Counted from the stretch's first letter, positions 43,843-57,164 are shown. The stretch: 64,000 nt of DNA from Eledone cirrhosa (GCA_964016885.1 OZ024746.1:92628001-92692000); one strand, 5' to 3'. Program-made: numbers and translations. The notes: a model not told the origin generated them from the letters alone.

Positions 43843-44311
43843 TATATAGATCCTTCAAGTTTCTATATTGGACAATATTTCAGTTATTGGAACTAGCATA
43901 ATTCTTTTGCTTTTAAAATTTAAGGATTTCTAGGAGTTTCGTTTAGTAATTGCTTGGCTAACCTGAGCTATTGCAAGTTTTTTTCAACTCCAATTTCTGC
44001 ACACAGTCCGACTTAGTAAAAAGCTTCAAGCGTCTTCATCACGGATTAAAAGAAGTTCAAAAATAACCATGACAATAAAGTCACGTGGTATCAGAATTCA
44101 GTGAAATTTATGGAAAGTCTAGTTTTTTCCCAGTTAACTGCACTCCTACAATGCAAATTACATGAACAAACTCACAATTCTATTCCGAGTTATAAATGGT
44201 TTTGAAAAGGATAACAACACTAAAAAATTCAATATATCGAGATATATATAATTTCTCATTCTTTCTTCTGATGACCTGGCCTTGTGCCTATAGTAGAAAT
44301 CATTCTTTCTT

Positions 44312-44342
44312 CTGGTGAAAGACTAGCGTCCGAAACGTTAAT
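44312..44342 (+). ncRNA. Hammerhead-like motif hit by a 25-bp SINE tail insertion
   Basis: CTGGTGA-AAGAC(TAGC)GTCC-GAAACGTTA. The upstream TSD copy reads CTGATGA. Confidence 0.5.
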
Positions 44343-44750
44343 GCACTATTCCTGTTATTTCAAGTGTTAATAACCTAATATATTCCTTCCATATCCTGTA
44401 CCGATTGTGTTGTTATTTCTGTTTACCTTTTACGTACATATATAATTGATTACGCGAAATACTATATTGGCAATTGACGTCGTTAACGTGGAAAGCGAAA
44501 TAACCATCGAAAAACGCTTGAAAACGACTCAGAAAAAATGTTAATCAAACTCAAAATTGTATCCCAAAGAGAGAAAATTGGAACGTTATCCACTGAATGG
44601 ACAGATGAAAGAAGAACAACAAAGATTATCAGGTAACTTTTACTTTTCGTTACCTTATCTTACAGTCCATTTTGTATTATACAGCCTTCTACCTCTTTCA
44701 ATGTTACATATTATATACATTGCTTCAAGCAAACTATAACATTTTATATT

Positions 44751-44801
<51 letters not shown>

Positions 44802-45349
44802 GTGGCCACCTAACTTTTGCCTAAGCACTGTCCAACACCTACTGAATTATACTCACTCTACTAAATCATCCCTTTAGCTGGGATATACAAAATATTCTAG
44901 GGTGCTTTTCTACCTTTTCTCCATGCAGTTGCCTCCCTTGGGGATTATACCCCTTTCACAGTCGCCATTAATATTTTGGTCTACGGTGCATGGAGACGTA
45001 AATCTACTGTGAATAGTTTCAACCAGATCTGACGGTATATTTATTGATGACATTGTGTTAACAACTAGCCAATTACCAGTAAGAGAAAAGGCTCAATGTA
45101 AATTATCAAATTTTTACAGAGCCGAGATACAAAATATAAAACAATCAAATCTTAGTTTAATACATTTAATTGCTGACAATTGTTTCTTCCAGACGAATGT
45201 TTGGAATCATCGGAGCATACAATATGTTTAAACAGGTAATTATAATCCTAGTCTTCAGATCATTGATATAGATACATAACTATTGACAGTGTTAATGACA
45301 TCATATAGAAAAGCAGGAGTTAAAAAATGATGTTATGTTTCAGATATCA

Positions 45350-47638
45350 CAGTATAAGGAGCAATGGTGAAGACAACTTTCAATCTAACCCCTCCATTAG
45401 ACTAATATGCCTCTCTAAATCTGACATAGGATACTTGATATGGTACTAATCCAAATAAAACACAAACTCTCTTTGAATCTGTAGTAAGACGCCTCACGCC
45501 TCTTGATAGAACAACCCTAGTTATCTCCCGCTGGTTGAGAACGCGAAAAAAAAACAGACAGCCACTGAAAAGCCGACTGATCACACGCCAGAAACCAGCC
45601 TCTGTACCACACCATTGTTTGTGCTACATCAAAAATAAACATATATTTCATCTCTAATTTCTGCTGTTGAAATCATTATTATGTCACTCGTGTCTCAATA
45701 ACATCTATAACTAATACTGCTAAAAAATCTCTGGGGCAATCAACTGGTTCACTAATTTAGAGGATAAATCAACTTATAATTTCATCCAGTTTGACATAGA
45801 TGACTATTATTCCTCTATTCCTCAATTCCTTCTCAATAATCCCTTATATTCGCGATGCGCAGCTCCAACCTAACTAGAAATGAAGTCGATGTAATTTTAA
45901 CTGTTAGACGTTCGATCATAATGTTTGACAATGAATACTGGATACGTAAGGATAGACGAACCCAAGTCGATATAACTATGGGTTCGACTAATTCAGCCCA
46001 AGTTACGGATCTTGTAGGAACATATCTCATGCACAAATTACATCTAGAATTCCTTACCCCAAAGGAGATATATATAGAGATGATGCTCTCTTACTTGTTA
46101 AGAATTTCAATGGTCAGCAGTTGGAAAGAAGAAGGAAATATATTAGATCCTTCTTTCAACGCATGGGACTTAAAATATCGTTTGACCATAACCTTAAACG
46201 TATCAACTTTTTAGATTTAACTTTCGACCTTAACTCTGGCATATACGAACCCATCCATGAAGGTAATAAAAACTTAAACTAACTCCATTGTTAAAAATGT
46301 ATCCCTTAGGATCTCCAGATTGTCTGCCCCTGAATCCTCTTTCAATACACACGTGGACTACTACAAAGTTGCTCTACGTAAGGCCGGTTATGACGAACCA
46401 CTAAAATGTCTTCCAGATACACCATGTGGGGGAAATCCAACTACCCCAACGGCAAAACATCACAAGCACACCGTACAAAATTTACAAATTTAAATACCCA
46501 CCGCTCAAAGCCCCACAGTGGCGGGACAAATAATAATACTGCAAATAAGAAAACCTCAATGAGGTCCCACATAAAATCATACCTATGTTATAATCCCCCG
46601 CATAATGATCTGGTAATTACTAAGCTATCCTATCTCTTCTTCAAACGTATAGACGAACACTTTCCTCCAACCCACAAATTCTATAAAATACTAAATAGAG
46701 GTTGGATCCGACTATCCTGTTCCACCACAGCTAACATGGGCAATGTGATCATGCGATTGAATAACAAGCGCCTCTGCATGTATGTCAATACCAACAGCTA
46801 ACGGAAACCCGGACATACTCTGAATCCTCAGCAGCATCCGTAGCCTCCAACACTGAGCAGACCAGCACCCACAAATACCAACGTCTCTTCCACTTCACAC
46901 TCATATCCGGAACAAGAACAAAGTACCCGGAATAACATCACCAAGACAGGAACCGGAGAAGAAACCACACACTCCACAGGGACAAACAGCAACTGCAGAA
47001 ATCCCAGCAATTGTCCGTTATCGAGTAAATGTTTGTACAAAAACATCATTTAAGTGTGTGGTCAAATCTAAACTGGGAACATATAAATATGTGGGTTCCA
47101 CTACGAATATTTTCAAGAAAAGATGGTATGTGCACACCCACACGTTTAAAAATACCAGTTTAGCTAGATCTACGGCCCTGGCGAAAAATTATCTGGGAGC
47201 TAATGTTGAATATACACTACAATTGTCCGTGATGAAATCTTCTCCTCCAAACCGGAATGAAAGATGCGCCTGTTAATTATATTTAGCAGAGGTAATTGAA
47301 ATAGCAACCGGAAAGGACCTTCTAAATTCCTGGCATGATAGGATATTAAATTGCAAACACAAGGTTCTGAAAGCCTTCGCTAAATACAAACTGGACCAGA
47401 ACAAGATTCAAACCCTAATACCTAGATTTTACTGCATCCTATTTAGTATATTTCCTGTAGCATTTAACTTTTCATACCTACCCATCTCAATTATAATTTT
47501 GAAAATCATTAGAACTGTGAAACCGGTAAAGTAAATGAATAAATATTTTTAAAAGACTCCAGTTACATTTTCAATTTCTTTTCCTTATACTTTCACCTGT
47601 GTAGGACATCTCGATTTAAAAAAAAACTCATTTTCTCA
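45350..47638 (+). mobile_element. Second Hydra-type PLE family, heavily decayed
   Basis: DNFQSNPSIRLI..SKSDIG, FIQFDIDDYYSSI, DITMGSTNSAQVTDLVG, IYRDD, INFLDLTF, NCRNPSNCPLSSKCL, YVGSTTNIFKKRWYVHTHTF. Confidence 0.85.
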
Positions 47639-48032
47639 TATATATATATACATTCAAAATAAGATCAAATATGTTAATTATATCATATTTTAATTAATAC
47701 AAGTGTTTTCCATCTTACAGGATATATAATTAATTATTAGTTAATTAATTATATGATCTAATAATTAGGTTCATCAGAATTAATTTAAAAAATATAAGAA
47801 TACCTCTACAAATCATTTTGTATATGTGTTTACTTTACCAGGAAAATGTTGAATTTGAATACGACCTACATCAATATATCATGTAGCCTTCTGAGTAGTT
47901 TACTGTAATAAATCTCTGGTAGCTAGAGAGAACAAAGAAGGTTGGTGGTATTCTCGGTTATAGTTGACTGGTCAGCCACCCACACCCCTGTGACTACGCA
48001 GTGCTGTCAGAATGTTCCTACTTTCATAAACA

Positions 48033-48113
<81 letters not shown>

Positions 48114-48402
48114 TGGTTGTGAGAGAGTAGATTGAAACAGAGGCATAGAGAGAGGCAGAGGAGAGGGAGAATGGAAGAGAGCTGGTGGCGTTGTTGTGTA
48201 TACATATATGTGAGTGTGTGTGTATATATATATGTGTGTGCATATGTGCGTGTGTGTCTATGACCGGTGCATATAGATCAGACACCCACATATATATACA
48301 CACTCACATACATATAAATATATATATATATACACACACATTTATACATATATATACACACACGTATATATATATATATTGACCTTCCAATTACATTTCA
48401 CC

Positions 48403-48648
48403 ATGAATGTAATTGTTTCTACTTTTGGCACAAGGCCAGCAATTATCCCAGTGTATTACTGGTACTTTATTTTATCGACCCCCGTAAGGATGAAAGCAAA
48501 GTTAACCTCGGCGAGATTTGAACTTAGACCATATCCTGTCGAGGTTAACTTTACCTTTCATACTTACGGGGTCGATAAAATAAAGTACCAGTAATACACT
48601 GGGATAACTGTTGGCCTTGTGCCAAAAGTAGAAACAATTATATTCATG
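48403..48648. repeat. Two SINE 3' halves head-to-head forming a fold-back
   Basis: 48403-48510 is the reverse complement of 48540-48648, including the flanking CATGAAT/ATTCATG. Confidence 0.85.
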
Positions 48649-49030
48649 TCTGTGTATATTCTTATTATTTAAAAATTATTTTCAAGTGGACATGATTTAA
48701 AAAAGTATTTTGAAGTCAACGTGGCCCATCGGGTCACGGGTGGTCTAGTATATTACCAAAACACTGCGATTGCTTGCTTGCTTGTCTCTAATGTAATACA
48801 GAGTTGTAGCATTGAGTCAAGTATATGTGGAGATTAAGTAGCTGGAATCTAGCATGTCATCAGGCGCAGCTCTTTATTGACTGAAAATAGGGGTTCAGCC
48901 GAAATATATTCAATACTGTTTAATAAAAGGATTAATGGATTGGGCTACCTAAGGAATCGGCAATTTAAGGCATCGGCCACCAAAGACTAAACATAGTCTT
49001 GTCATATCATTCAATATATATATATACATA

Positions 49031-49203
49031 TATATAAAAACGTAAGAAAATTAACAAAGAAAGGACAAGATATCGAACAAAAAACATTTTATTATGGAGA
49101 AACTTTAAAATGTTATTTTTTAATAAAATTTTAAGGTTTCTACATAAAATGTTTTTTGTTCGTTATCTCGTCCTTTCTTTGTTAATTTTCTTACGTTTAT
49201 ATA
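49031..49203. mobile_element. Hairpin MITE with long imperfect TIRs in TA repeats
   Basis: AAACGTAAGAAAATTAACAAAGAAAGGAC.AGATA.CGAACAAAAAACATTTTAT is inverted at the right end. Confidence 0.75.
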
Positions 49204-50213
49204 TATATTTAAATTGATGTCTTATCAAAGCTAGAATAAAGCTTAAAAGAAGAAATAATACAATTGGTAATGTGCTTCTAAACAATGATTTTATTGTTCT
49301 GTGTCATAGAAAGCCTAAAATTCCAAATAACTATACGTGCTGTTCTATTGGAGTTGCCAGAACATAGAATATCAGATATAAGAGTTGCAACGATGTATAA
49401 TAAATTATTGACGTAACGACAATAGTTTGGTGTGTGGTTGTTGTTTAGTCTTAGGTCAACCTTGGTCGAGCATACTTACGATGAAAGGCAGTTTAGACAT
49501 AACGATCTTGTCATTTTCAATATCGACGACTACTTTATGATGCAACGTATATATATGTGTGTGTGTGTTAAGATGGTAGGATATAATTTGAAGGAGATTT
49601 GACTGATATCCTTAACGGGTCAAATGAACACGTGGAGCATGTGTCTCTAAACTTTTAATTCATCGACTGCTACATGGAATCTTCATCTACCAGACGTATG
49701 TATAAATATGAATAAATAATCAGAAAACAACAATATAAAATAGACAACAAAGATGTATCATATGTAAATGAGAAACCTATATGAGCAAGCTGTATTTTAT
49801 TGTATCCTGTTATTTATGTTTATTTATTATACAAATGTTAGATTTGGGCCTATTGGCTGATCAGCACCTCCTTTCCTTGGGTTATCCTACCAACTCCTAG
49901 GAGTACTTTCAGGTCACGATACCCACCTCCCCTCCCCCCATCGCTCTTATTTCAACACTCCACTTATTAAATTTTGCTACTCTATCTCCGGAGAATTTTA
50001 GGTGGTAACACTCCTGGGACAATAAATTTTCTTTAGACATTAAAAAAACATTATACATGACAAAAGATATACATTACTAGAAATCCCAAACGTTATAAAA
50101 TAAATAGGATGTGGTGGGGTCTCAATATGTAAACTAAATGACTAATTCTGTTTTTGTTTTTTTAAATCAACCTAGACAACCTAGAAAAATTAACGAATCT
50201 CCAATGTTTACTT

Positions 50214-50768
50214 CCCGATCCTATTATTTTGGATCCGAGTGTAGCTATCGATAACTTTGAAAACAACTTCTCTATTAGCATATTTTCAAGGGACTCTACT
50301 CTACATGCCCTCTGTATATAAATAGAAAAGTAATCTCCCTTGGAATTTTATCAGAGAGTTGGAGGAAAAATAAATTGTACGCATCGAGACCTCAGACGTA
50401 CTTGGACCCCGTACAGTCGAGATCCTCCGCAAGATCGAGACGTCGGCGGCCCGTATGAAGCAGGATGCCCGCGAGATGGGATTTCTATTGCAGCGGGTAG
50501 CGCAGGACTTTTACCTCCGCGCCAGAGGCCCAGAGCCCAATCATCCTCCCTCTTCTTATTCTTCTGTGACGATTTTCCAATGCCGTCACACCCATTAATT
50601 CCCCCGACCCTATTATTTGGGATCTTACTGTAGCTATAGATAACCTTGAAAACAACTGATGTTGAAACTTCCCTATTAGCAATTGCATATTTTCAAGGGA
50701 TCTATTCTACATGCACTCTGTATATAAATAGAAAAGTAATTTCCCTTCGAATTTTATCAGCGAGTCGG
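50214..50768 (+). mobile_element. CRE endonuclease fragment between ~150-bp direct repeats
   Basis: The GC-rich centre encodes IETSDVLGPRTVEILRKI...QDAREMGFLLQRVA. Repeats are at 50214-50360 and 50603-50768. Confidence 0.65.
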
Positions 50769-51334
50769 GTGAATATAAATGTATAATATATTCAAATAAT
50801 TCACACATTAGAATATATATTTTGTGAAGGTACGGTGATCTGAGAGAACCGATAACTCATCGAACAATTTAGTTACATCTCTTTAAGTTACAGGTTCAAA
50901 TCCCATCGTAGCAAATTTTATCTTTCATCTCTTGGGGTCATTACCGAAATGTTCCAGTTAAGTGTTGTCGATATAATCTAACATTGCAGAGGTGATTATA
51001 AAGGAATATAAGATGTGTTTATTATACGTAAACATATTGTATATGCCTCCGTATACACCTCTATTATGAATCACGCTATGTTAGTGCTACTGCTATTAAT
51101 TGTTTACTATAATTTTCTCAGGTCCATTTTCTTTAATTTTCTTTAATTTTCTTTAATCTAGTTCTTTCTTCAAATTATTCAATTTCGTCTCCTCATTCCA
51201 ATTTCTTCATTATTTTTGTCGGTATCCTTGGAAACAGAACAATATTTCAGAATTTGTATGTTAATTAACTATTTCTATTACTCTATAGCTACTTACCTGC
51301 AGTATACATATTTTATATAACTAATCTATTTAAT

Positions 51335-51409
<75 letters not shown>

Positions 51410-51426
51410 ATAGTAGTAGTAGTAGT

Positions 51427-51483
<57 letters not shown>
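51335..51483. repeat. Compound (TAG)n(CAG)n(TAG)n microsatellite
   Basis: Direct reading. Confidence 0.95.
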
Positions 51484-51507
51484 TTCTTATTGTTGTATCT
51501 TTTGCAG

Positions 51508-51713
51508 GTATTTAATTAGAAGTTCCAACTATTTTACTAAACAAAATTGAATATAACATTCCACGTGATGTCGACAAACAGGCTTTTCAAATCTTATTTA
51601 AATGGTGTAATATTTGTAAACCAGAAAAATGCACCATAGTCACTCTGAAAGAGGCTCTAGAGATGAAAGAATGTTTTAAGGCACTTCGTTGTCTAGATTC
51701 AGAGGAAAACTAG
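51508..51713 (+). pseudogene. Terminal exon encoding the C-terminal part of a death domain, probably disabled
   Basis: Acceptor TTGTATCTTTTGCAG, then (G)I*LEVPTILLNKIEYNIPRDVDKQAFQILFKWCNICKPEKCTIVTLKEALEMKECFKALRCLDSEEN*. This fits the death-fold pattern L.V....I..I...P.D...QA..ML..W......T...L..AL. Confidence 0.75.
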
Positions 51714-51952
51714 TCTCTATCATCATCACCATCACCATTTGTCTGTGTTCCATGCTGGCATTATCTGGATAGATTGTGTTGTGAAATGAGACCAGACATT
51801 CTAAGGAGGCTGGATGACTTTTTTTAATGCCAACCCTTTTACAGAGTGGACTGGGTGCATTTTATTGGAGAACCAGCATGAACTTTACAGAGTGAACAAG
51901 GTATATTTTATTGTGGCACCAACACTATCACTGTACTGTACTGCTGTTTTAT

Positions 51953-52048
<96 letters not shown>

Positions 52049-52248
52049 AGAGGATGGTAAGAAAAAGAGTGTGAGAGAGAGAAGAATTACTTTTACAAAA
52101 ATAATGTTTATCCCCAAATTATAAATGAATAAAATATCCTATTTTGGTAGTTTCAGTCACTTGTTAAATTAATTTGATTTATTGTGATATGTTGTATATA
52201 AGTACTGTATATATTATGTGTGTACACACACAAATACATCCATACAAC

Positions 52249-52279
<31 letters not shown>

Positions 52280-52659
52280 GGGGTGGAGTCTGCAGTGCTG
52301 AAATCGGCAAGACCTCTAATCATTGAAGTACTCAATGAAACACAAGCCGAAAAAATTGGTGCCAGCACAACTTCTATACAAGATGGACTGGGAACCTCGT
52401 AGTCATGTCACCAGTACATCCACCTTACAGGATAGTGTGTATGTTTGTTGTGACACCAGATCACACAGGGTAGATAAAGCCGTTTTTGTCATAGCAGCAG
52501 TGTTATGGAGATGGAATGAGAGCAGATTTAGAGCATGTCCAACTCTCCATGATTGTATGCATGGGTTGAACAGGACATGAAAGGTGAACAAGAATACAAG
52601 TTGGACATGGATGATGTGATTGGGATATTTGGTTGGTGAGTGGGACAATAAAACTGGGT

Positions 52660-53932
52660 TCGTGTGATTTCAGATATCCAATCTTATTAGAAGAAATCAG
52701 CCACATACATTGCACTTCAATTCTTGCAAGAGTTTTTCAGACATTGCACGTGAGTTCCTCTTACGAACTGAACACTTCAAAACAACATTCTCCACTCGCT
52801 TTTTCTCAAAGACATCAAATCAATACTTGATGATCTTTCTCCATGATGTACAGCCTTCAGTCAGTCTCTCCCAGTTCTCCATATCAATCGTCAGCACTTT
52901 AAGATTGTCTTTAGTTGATGCTGTGGCTTTGTTCCTCTGGTTAACTCCCCATAAAATAACTGTTTAGGCAGCCTTCCATCTTCCATCCTGACCACATGAC
53001 CAGCCCATTGCATCAGGTTCATAATAATCCTCCTCTCAATATTGGTTCTACCCGCTTTCTCAAGTACAGCAGCATCAGGTGTGTAAGAGGACCACATGAT
53101 GTTCAGGATGCTGATGAAATCTTTCCTACCGCCTGATGTGATTCCTGTAAGTTGTCCACATTTCGTATCTGTAGAGTGGGCTGTAAGAACATAGGTCTCA
53201 TACACAGAGCTTTGTGTTTCTCATGATATCCTGATTTGACTAGACATGCTTCTCAAGCTTCCTGAAAGCAAGACTCGCTTTCTCAATCCTGTGATCTATT
53301 TGAGCATCAAGGATACCATCTCTACAAAGTATTTTTCTTCTCATGAAAAGTTCTGGCTCCACAGACACTTCCATAACTGGTGTATATTAGTATAAAAACC
53401 TTGGTTTTTTTATACTAATATTTAGCCCAAACAGAGCATGTATTAGAGAAGGTGTCCAATATCAACTGCATGTCCTCTTCTGTATGTGTCACAAAATCTA
53501 CATCATCAGCATACCGGAACTCCCTAACGAGAGTGCCAAATGTTTTGGACTTGGTGTTAAACCATCTTAGATTAAAGACCTTGACAGAGGTTCTAATTCA
53601 CAAGTATTCACCGATTTTGAAGTCTTGGAAGGCATATGTCAGCAGCATGACAAAGTAGATGGGTGCAGGTATGTCGCCTTGCTTGACACTGTTTTCCACC
53701 GAAATTGCCTCTGAAAGTCGGAATGCCATGATTATCATGGAATAAGTCTGCTTCAATCAGTAGGAAAAGTCTTATCCAAGGTCTTGCTGAATCGTCTAAT
53801 AAAATTGATCTACCCTGGTGCAAACCCTGAGAGCCAGTGTGGATTCAGAGCTGGGCAGGGTACTATGGAGATGATTTACTCAGCCCATCAGCTTATGGAG
53901 AATATGTTGAGCAGCAAGTGCATCTATACCAC
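52660..53932 (-). mobile_element. RTE (BovB-like) LINE remnant with 5' inversion
   Basis: Minus strand: SVKQGDIPAP, FRYADD, QWAGHVVRMEDGRLPKQLFYGEL. Plus strand 53721-53932: DYHGISLLQSVGKVLSKVLLNRL..PESQCGFRAGQGT. Confidence 0.85.
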
Positions 53933-54424
53933 TTAAAAGCCTTCAGTGCTGTTAATTGTAATACATTGTGAGTCATATTGGGGAAACTTGGATGTCTTCA
54001 TGAGTTTGTTGGAATATTCAAAAGAGTCCATTGAAATATGAAAGCAAAAATGAAGTTCAATGGGACACTTTCTTGAATATACGTTGATTTCTCTTTCTCC
54101 GTTTATATCTTTGGACAAACAAACAAACATACATTCATTTTTATATATATAGATAGATAGATATCATCATAATCCTCATCATCACTGTTTAACGGCTATT
54201 TTTCCACGTTAGCATGGGTTAGACGAGTCATCCCATTGTGAGACAAGCTGGATCAATTATTTGGACCCAACGAAGCTGATGGATGCATGACAACACAAGG
54301 TTGGGTGCAATGGTGATCTGGGCACGGCCCTGTGAAGCCACTGCATCATGCCACATAGACAGATAGTACCGTGATGATATCTTTGGACAGCTGCTTATGA
54401 CATGGGTGACATCTTCGATAGGCA

Positions 54425-54645
54425 AGGGGTTTAATGACAATAAATAGTAGCACAGAAAGACTGTCTCTTTGAAATATACCCCTGTGATATTTTATTTTAT
54501 CTGTGAAAATAGATTCCTCCTTCTCTGTTTTTAACTTTAGGATAGTAGTCCAAGAAGAAAATAAGTTCTCTATGGCTATGATAATAGTGTCTGGGACTTT
54601 CCAGACACTATGATCCAAGAGTGGGGTACAGAATCAAATGCTTGC
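54425..54645 (-). mobile_element. R4/Dong-like LINE RT fragment
   Basis: QAFDSVPHSW...W.T.L...IKYHRGIFQRDSLSVLLF..KPL. Confidence 0.75.
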
Positions 54646-54654
54646 ATGTATGTA

Positions 54655-55235
54655 TGTTGAAAGCCTCCTTGAAAGACGCTAATATATCAGCTGATACATG
54701 GGAAAGCATAGCTGGTGATCGTAATAAATGGAGAAAAGACTTTACATGAAAGGAAAGTTGCTTTTGAAGCATCTCGAATCACATACAAGAAAGTAAAAAG
54801 GGATGTTAGGAAAGGCATTGCTATTACATTTCCAGACAGCAAAGGTGGTGACATGCAGCATCTGTGTAAGACTCTGCCTCAGCAAAGCTGGACTCAAGAG
54901 TCATCTTCGTAGTCATAAAGTGAGACCAGTAGTTGACTATCAGATTGCTGTCGGAGATGCTACTCATCATACCTGTCTTGCATGTGGAAAAGAGTGTAGA
55001 TCAGGAGTAGGGCTCAAACGGCATGCAAAAGTACATGAAGATCAACCACAGCTGGCTATTACCAATAAATGTTTTTATCATGGTTGCCAACTCTGTGCAA
55101 GACATTTTAGATCATTGGCTGGGCTAAAAAGCTACATTCGATCGCAACACCATTAATTATTAATATATATGTTTTTTTTTTGGTGGGGGGGGGTATTGTG
55201 CAATGGCCATACTTGAAAACGAGGGGCAGCCATCA
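54655..55235 (+). mobile_element. RTE LINE 3' end with three C2H2 zinc fingers
   Basis: LKASLKDANISADTWESIAGDRNKWRK, then CSIC..GLKSHLRSH, CLAC..GLKRHAKVH and CQLC..GLKSYIRSQH. Confidence 0.85.
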
Positions 55236-55522
55236 TGTATGTATGTAAGTTCTTCTGATTTTAACATTTTATAAATTTTTACCAATAGAGAGAAAGTTGG
55301 TTTCTAACATAGACACAAGACTCTCTCATTGAAATTTAGACATCAACTAGGTAAATATGTATGCATGTCTAGATACATGTGTGTCTATGCAGGTATGGAT
55401 GATATTGTATGTGTGGATGTGGATGTTTTGAGTTATATGTGTGCATGTCCATATGCTGTGTATCTGTATATGTGTACATGATGTTATTACATGCAGAATT
55501 TTTGGAATGTTTTACATATTTT

Positions 55523-55951
55523 ATAGGTAGGTAGGTAGGTAGGTAGGTAGGTAGGTAGGTGGATAGTAGGTTGGTAGGTATGTAGGTAGGTATGTAGGTA
55601 GGTGGGTAGGTAGGTATGTAGGTAGGTGGGTAGGTAGGTAAGTATGTAGGTAGGTAGGTAGGTAGGTAGGTAGGTAGGTAGGTAGGTAGGTAGGTAGGTA
55701 GGTAGGTAGGTAGGTAGGTAGGTAGGTACGTAGGTAGGTATGTAGGTAGGTAGGTATGTAGGTAGGTAGGTAGGGAGGTAGGGAGGTAGGTATGTAGGTA
55801 GGTAGGTAGGTAGGTAGGTAGGTAGGTAGGTAGGTAGGTAGGTAGGTAGGTAGGTACGTAGATAGGTGGGTAGGTAGGTAGGTAGGGGGGAGGGAGGGAG
55901 GGAGGGAGGCAGGTAGGTAGGTAGGTAGGTAGGTAGGTAGGTAGGTAGGTA
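55523..55951. repeat. (TAGG)n tetranucleotide tract
   Basis: Direct reading, ~430 bp. Confidence 0.95.
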
Positions 55952-56193
55952 AGTTAAGATATGGATAGATAGATTGAAAGAGAGCTAAATGAATGGAACA
56001 TACAGATTGGTGTATGAATGTCCATACACCATTAATTAACCACAATTTAGAGGAAAGCATGGGGGCGTCATTCATAATGTGTATTGTCATAGCTGTTCTG
56101 TTATAATAGGTTATTTTAAAAAAATGAGACAACGGAATATATTGTGTTTAGTTTATCTGGCAGACACACAACACATTCTTTTTCATTTTTCTC

Positions 56194-56399
56194 TTAACCC
56201 TTTAATGTTCAAACCAGCCAGAATTCTCTACCTCTTTCTGTTGAAACTGGCTGTAACTAGTCGTTAAGGTATTGTTCTCAAAATAAATACTTTCAAAATC
56301 TCATAGATTCAATATTATGTGAGATAATTATGTGAGGTAAAGCCTTTACCATGAAAATACAATAGTAAATATAGAGTAATGTAAATGCTAAAGGGTTAA
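56194..56399. mobile_element. piggyBac-like MITE
   Basis: TTAA-CCCTTTA ... TAAAGGG-TTAA. Confidence 0.65.
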
Positions 56400-57164
56400 A
56401 TACTGTTTTAGCGCATACAGTGACTGTTATGTGCGTGTGCAACAATTGATGTTTATGTGTGTTTGTGTGTCTCTGCGTGTGTATGTGTTTGTATATGTAT
56501 GTGTAGGTGTTTGCATATGTGTGTGTATTTGTGTATGTGTGTGTATGCGTGTGTATCTGTGTATATGTGTTAGTATGTGAAGGTGTGTGCATGTGTGTCT
56601 GTTTGTATATGTGTGTATGTGTATGTGTGTGTATGTGTGTGTGAATGTGTTTGTATATGTGTGTGTATTTGTATGTGTGTGTGTTTGTATGTGTGTGTGT
56701 GTGCGTTTATATCAACTTATACATGTGGGTGTCTGTTTTATATGCATGGTATGTGTATGTATGTGTTTGTGTGTATATGAGTATATGTTTGTATGTGTAT
56801 GTATGTGTGTGTTTATATCAAATTATGTATGCTGGTAACTGTTTTTATATGCAAAGTATGTGTGTGTATATGTGTGTGTGCATGTGTAAGTTTACAACAG
56901 CTTTTTTTGTATGCACGTATGAACGTATGAGTGGGTGTGTGGGGGCGCCTGTGTGTGCATATATGGGTGTGTATGTGTGTGTATGTGTGTATGTGCATGG
57001 ATGTTTCTGTAAAAAGATTAATCTTTGCTTTTGTGTGAGCATATATATGTGTGTACCTGCATATGTATGTACGTATGTGTGTGTATATGCGTGTATGTAT
57101 ATGTGTGTTGTTTCTCTTTTTCTCTCTCTATATATATGTATGTATGTATATGTATATATTTATA

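Noticed and set aside
43930-45240. Several splice-site-like signals (44633 donor, 44928 acceptor, 45192-45235)
   Set aside because: No recognisable protein similarity, and frames contain stops. Cannot be supported without RNA data.
47495-47535. Hammerhead at the end of the 45-47 kb PLE (GAAACCGGTA; partial also near 9146 on -)
   Set aside because: Position is suggestive, but the core is decayed (TTGAAAA) or missing. Not counted.
48715-48750. Helitron-like 3' end (GC hairpin + CTAG|T)
   Set aside because: Imperfect hairpin, and no 5' end or second copy is visible.
48875-48916. CTGAAAA..GAAATATAT hammerhead-like motif
   Set aside because: Core mismatch, weak stem II and an off-register cleavage triplet.
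54803-55156. Host C2H2 zinc-finger gene
   Set aside because: No TGEKP linkers, and contiguous with the RTE C-terminus and 3' UTR.
55521-56132. (YLPT)n 203-aa ORF or telomere-like tract
   Set aside because: It is a simple (TAGG)n microsatellite, not TTAGGG or TTAGG, and has no coding signals.
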